Assembly (NCBI RefSeq): GCF_036321535.1
Contig: NC_087436.1
Span: forward strand, 69,256,001 to 69,320,000
Direction of reading: 5' to 3'
DNA from: Camelus dromedarius
Lineage: Eukaryota
Length of the DNA stretch: 64,000 nucleotides
Shown: in pieces, positions 61,501-64,000 of the stretch
Layout of the letters: each line of letters begins with the position of its first letter
How positions within the stretch are numbered: the first letter of the stretch is position 1
Program-made: the position numbers and the translations under genes
Notes under the pieces: model-generated
Told to the model about the DNA's origin: nothing
Database searches by the model: none
The model's input: the letters and a program-made list of their open reading frames with translations, nothing else

Positions 61501-64000
61501 ATTATAGATATATACATATGTATGTATAACTGAATCACTTTGCTGTATACCTGAAACTAGCACACTATTATAAATCTACTGTAATAAAAATAATTCCCTG
61601 TAAGCCCTAGTTTCTCTGCATCTCTTCTTTGGTTTGTATTTGCATTCATTTAAAAATATTTTTGAATGCTCTTGTGATTTATCTTTGGACCGATTTATTG
61701 CTAACTTCAAAGTGAACAGAAACTCTGCTCCTGTATATCGCCATTTCCCTTTCTGTTATTGACGTGTACATACTTATACACTGTGTTCCTAGTTACATGA
61801 ATTAATAATTTTTATGCATCTTCTTTTAAATGACTGAGAAAATTAAAATAAATCAGAATTATAACCAAAATTACAATAATAGTAGCTTTTATGGTTGCTT
61901 TTGTTTTTACCTTTACTGCAGATCTTTATTTCATCGTATGATTTTTTATTAATGTCCAGCAGCCTTTCATTTCAACCAGAAAGGGTCTCTTTTGCATTTT
62001 TACAGGAAAAGTCTAGTGCTATTCACACCCTTCGTCTTTTGTTCATCAAGCAGTGTCTTCATTTCTACCTCATTGTTGAAGGAAATTTTGCCTGATAAAA
62101 CTCTCAGTTAACAATTTTGTCTTTAAGACTTTGAATTTATCAACCCACTGCCTTCTGGCCTCCAAGGTTTCTAATGAGAATTGGCTGATTATTTTACTGA
62201 AGTTAACTTTCATGTGATGCTTTTCTTCTTTCTGGCTCCTTTCAAGCTTTTCTCATTGTCTTTGTCATTCAGCAGCTTGATTCGAATATGTCTTTGTGTA
62301 GCTCTCTTTGAATTTATCCCACCTGTAGTTCACTAAGCTTCTATTTTGAGACATTATTGCTTTAAATATCTTTTCTGCCCATTTCTGTCTCTCTGGGACT
62401 CCCAGCATGTGTCTGCTCATGCACAGGATGGTGTCCCACAAGTCCCTTAGGCTTTGCTCATTTAGCTGCATTTGTTTCTCTTTCTGTTCTTTGAATTTGC
62501 TAATTTCAGTTACTCTGTTTTCATTTTGCTGGTTCTTTTGCTCGCTCTTGTCTGATTTGGAACCCCTGAGGTAAAATTTTCATTTTAATTCTTGAAATTT
62601 TTAGCTGTAGAATTTCTTCTTGACTCTTTTAAAAGAATTTATTTCTCTTTATCAATATTTTATATCTTATCTATATCTTTTGTTCTCTTTATAACTGTCT
62701 CCCTGTGGTTCTTTGTGAATTTTTAAGACAGTGCTATTAAAATCTTTTTCTGGTAATTCCAAAATCCACGCTCCTTCACTAATTGTTTCTGTCTATTTTG
62801 TTCCTTTGATTGGACCATCTTTTCACCTATGTATGCCTTGTGATATTTTTTTTCACCTATGTATGCCTTGTGATATTTGCTGAGAACTGTACATTTGAGG
62901 TTTTTATAAAGTTCTAACTCCAGAAATCAGAATTTCCCCTTCTTAATTTTTTTTTTTTTATATTGTTGAAGGGTTTCTCTTTGCCAGGAATCAGTCTGAG
63001 GTAAAAGCTTTAGGTTTTCACAAGTCTTTTGTCAGCCTATGGTTTTCCCTGGACATACACAAAGCTTTCTAAATTTCACTGTATGTGAAGTTTTAAAAAA
63101 ATGGCCCCATTGGTGATTGTCTGACTCCCAGAGAAAAAAAGAAAAAAAAATAGTGCTCATCCTTTAAAATCCCTGGAAACTTCTGCTAATCGAAGTTGAA
63201 ACAACTGTGGCCAACTTCTGTGCCTACATGCCAGTGAACAAAGCATCAGTCATCAATCAGAATGCAGAACCAAAATCTGGAGATTAAGGTCATTATTTCC
63301 CAGCATAGCTCCAGCAAATCACACCAGGAATAAAACATGTTGGCTGTCATGGGACTGGGTGAGGTAGACTTAGAACTTGCTGCTATGCTAAATGGTTGAA
63401 TTTGTTTTAAAAAATTAACCACAAATTACTAGTCAGTCTCTCCACCGAAAAATTCAAGTGCTCACATAGAGTCCATATTTCCATCATAGTTACTTCAGAC
63501 AATTTCTTGGTGCTTCTGAATCTACCTTGATGTGACCCTTAAGCACTGTATTTTAATACAGTTGAAAATTTAATATTTTTCTGAAGATGCCATTTAGATG
63601 AGATGTTTAAATGGATATTGCTTCCACAAAATGATTTTTGAAAGTAATTTGGTTATGTGCACAAGACTTGTCATGATGTTTTGGAACTTAAAATTGCATA
63701 TAAAGTTAGCTATTTTATCTAAAGCTACAAGGTAAAAAGTGTCCCTGGCAAATTAGGAACACCATCACTCAGTTATAACCTAGGATGCTATCAATTAAAA
63801 AAATGCATAGTTTGTGGGAATGCCATAGAGTGAACTGCCATTAATCTTTTACAGTATTACTAAAATCTTTAACTGTTTACATAGAAGCATCACATTTAGG
63901 AGTATTCCTGGAATCTAAGCTGTCAGTTCCAGGTCCCAAACAATTAATTAAAAGGAGATGTACTCCGAGGCAGCCTGTGAATCAATGGTATAATTTTGAG

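Larger units (their letters stand above)
54121..64000 (+). repeat. Near-identical segmental duplication, copy B (matches 20243-30151; runs off the window)
   Basis: Direct comparison shows only scattered SNVs, one 30-bp deletion at ~62342 and homopolymer length differences. It carries the same intronic L1 and LTR fragments. Confidence 0.97.

Noticed and set aside
1..64000. CRISPR arrays, operons or other prokaryotic systems
   Set aside because: The window is intron-containing mammalian DNA with no regularly spaced repeat-spacer structure.

Overview
Mammalian genomic DNA, probably camelid judging by the tRNA-derived Vic-type SINEs (inference), from a UDP-glucuronosyltransferase family 2 (UGT2) cluster; all genes are on the minus strand. 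(1) One complete six-exon UGT2C1-like gene (39454->19033). Its coding exons are 721/149/132/88/220/280 bp, all introns are GT-AG, and the spliced ORF is 1590 nt (529 aa) with H35/D151, R259, the UGT signature and a C-terminal KKKKRE. (2) Exons 4-6 of a second tandem copy about 33.9 kb to the right; its exons 1-3 lie beyond the window. (3) A UGT2B-like exon 1 with two in-frame stops (12881->12167). The two UGT2C1-like copies are a mosaic: nearly identical over about 10 kb (intron 3 through most of intron 5) but clearly diverged in exon 6 and the 3' flank, which suggests gene conversion, unequal crossover or a chimeric assembly. The rest is mostly transposable elements: two head-to-head L1s, an ORF2-less L1 with TSDs nested in Tigger1 nested in an MLT1 LTR, a polyadenylated MLT1 fragment inside an L1 3' UTR, solo LTRs and SINEs. 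There is a 200-N gap at 56-255. I see no wholly new biological system; the best leads are the mosaic duplication, the HAL1-like element and the MLT1 retrocopy. Family names come from my recall of known sequences, not from a database search.
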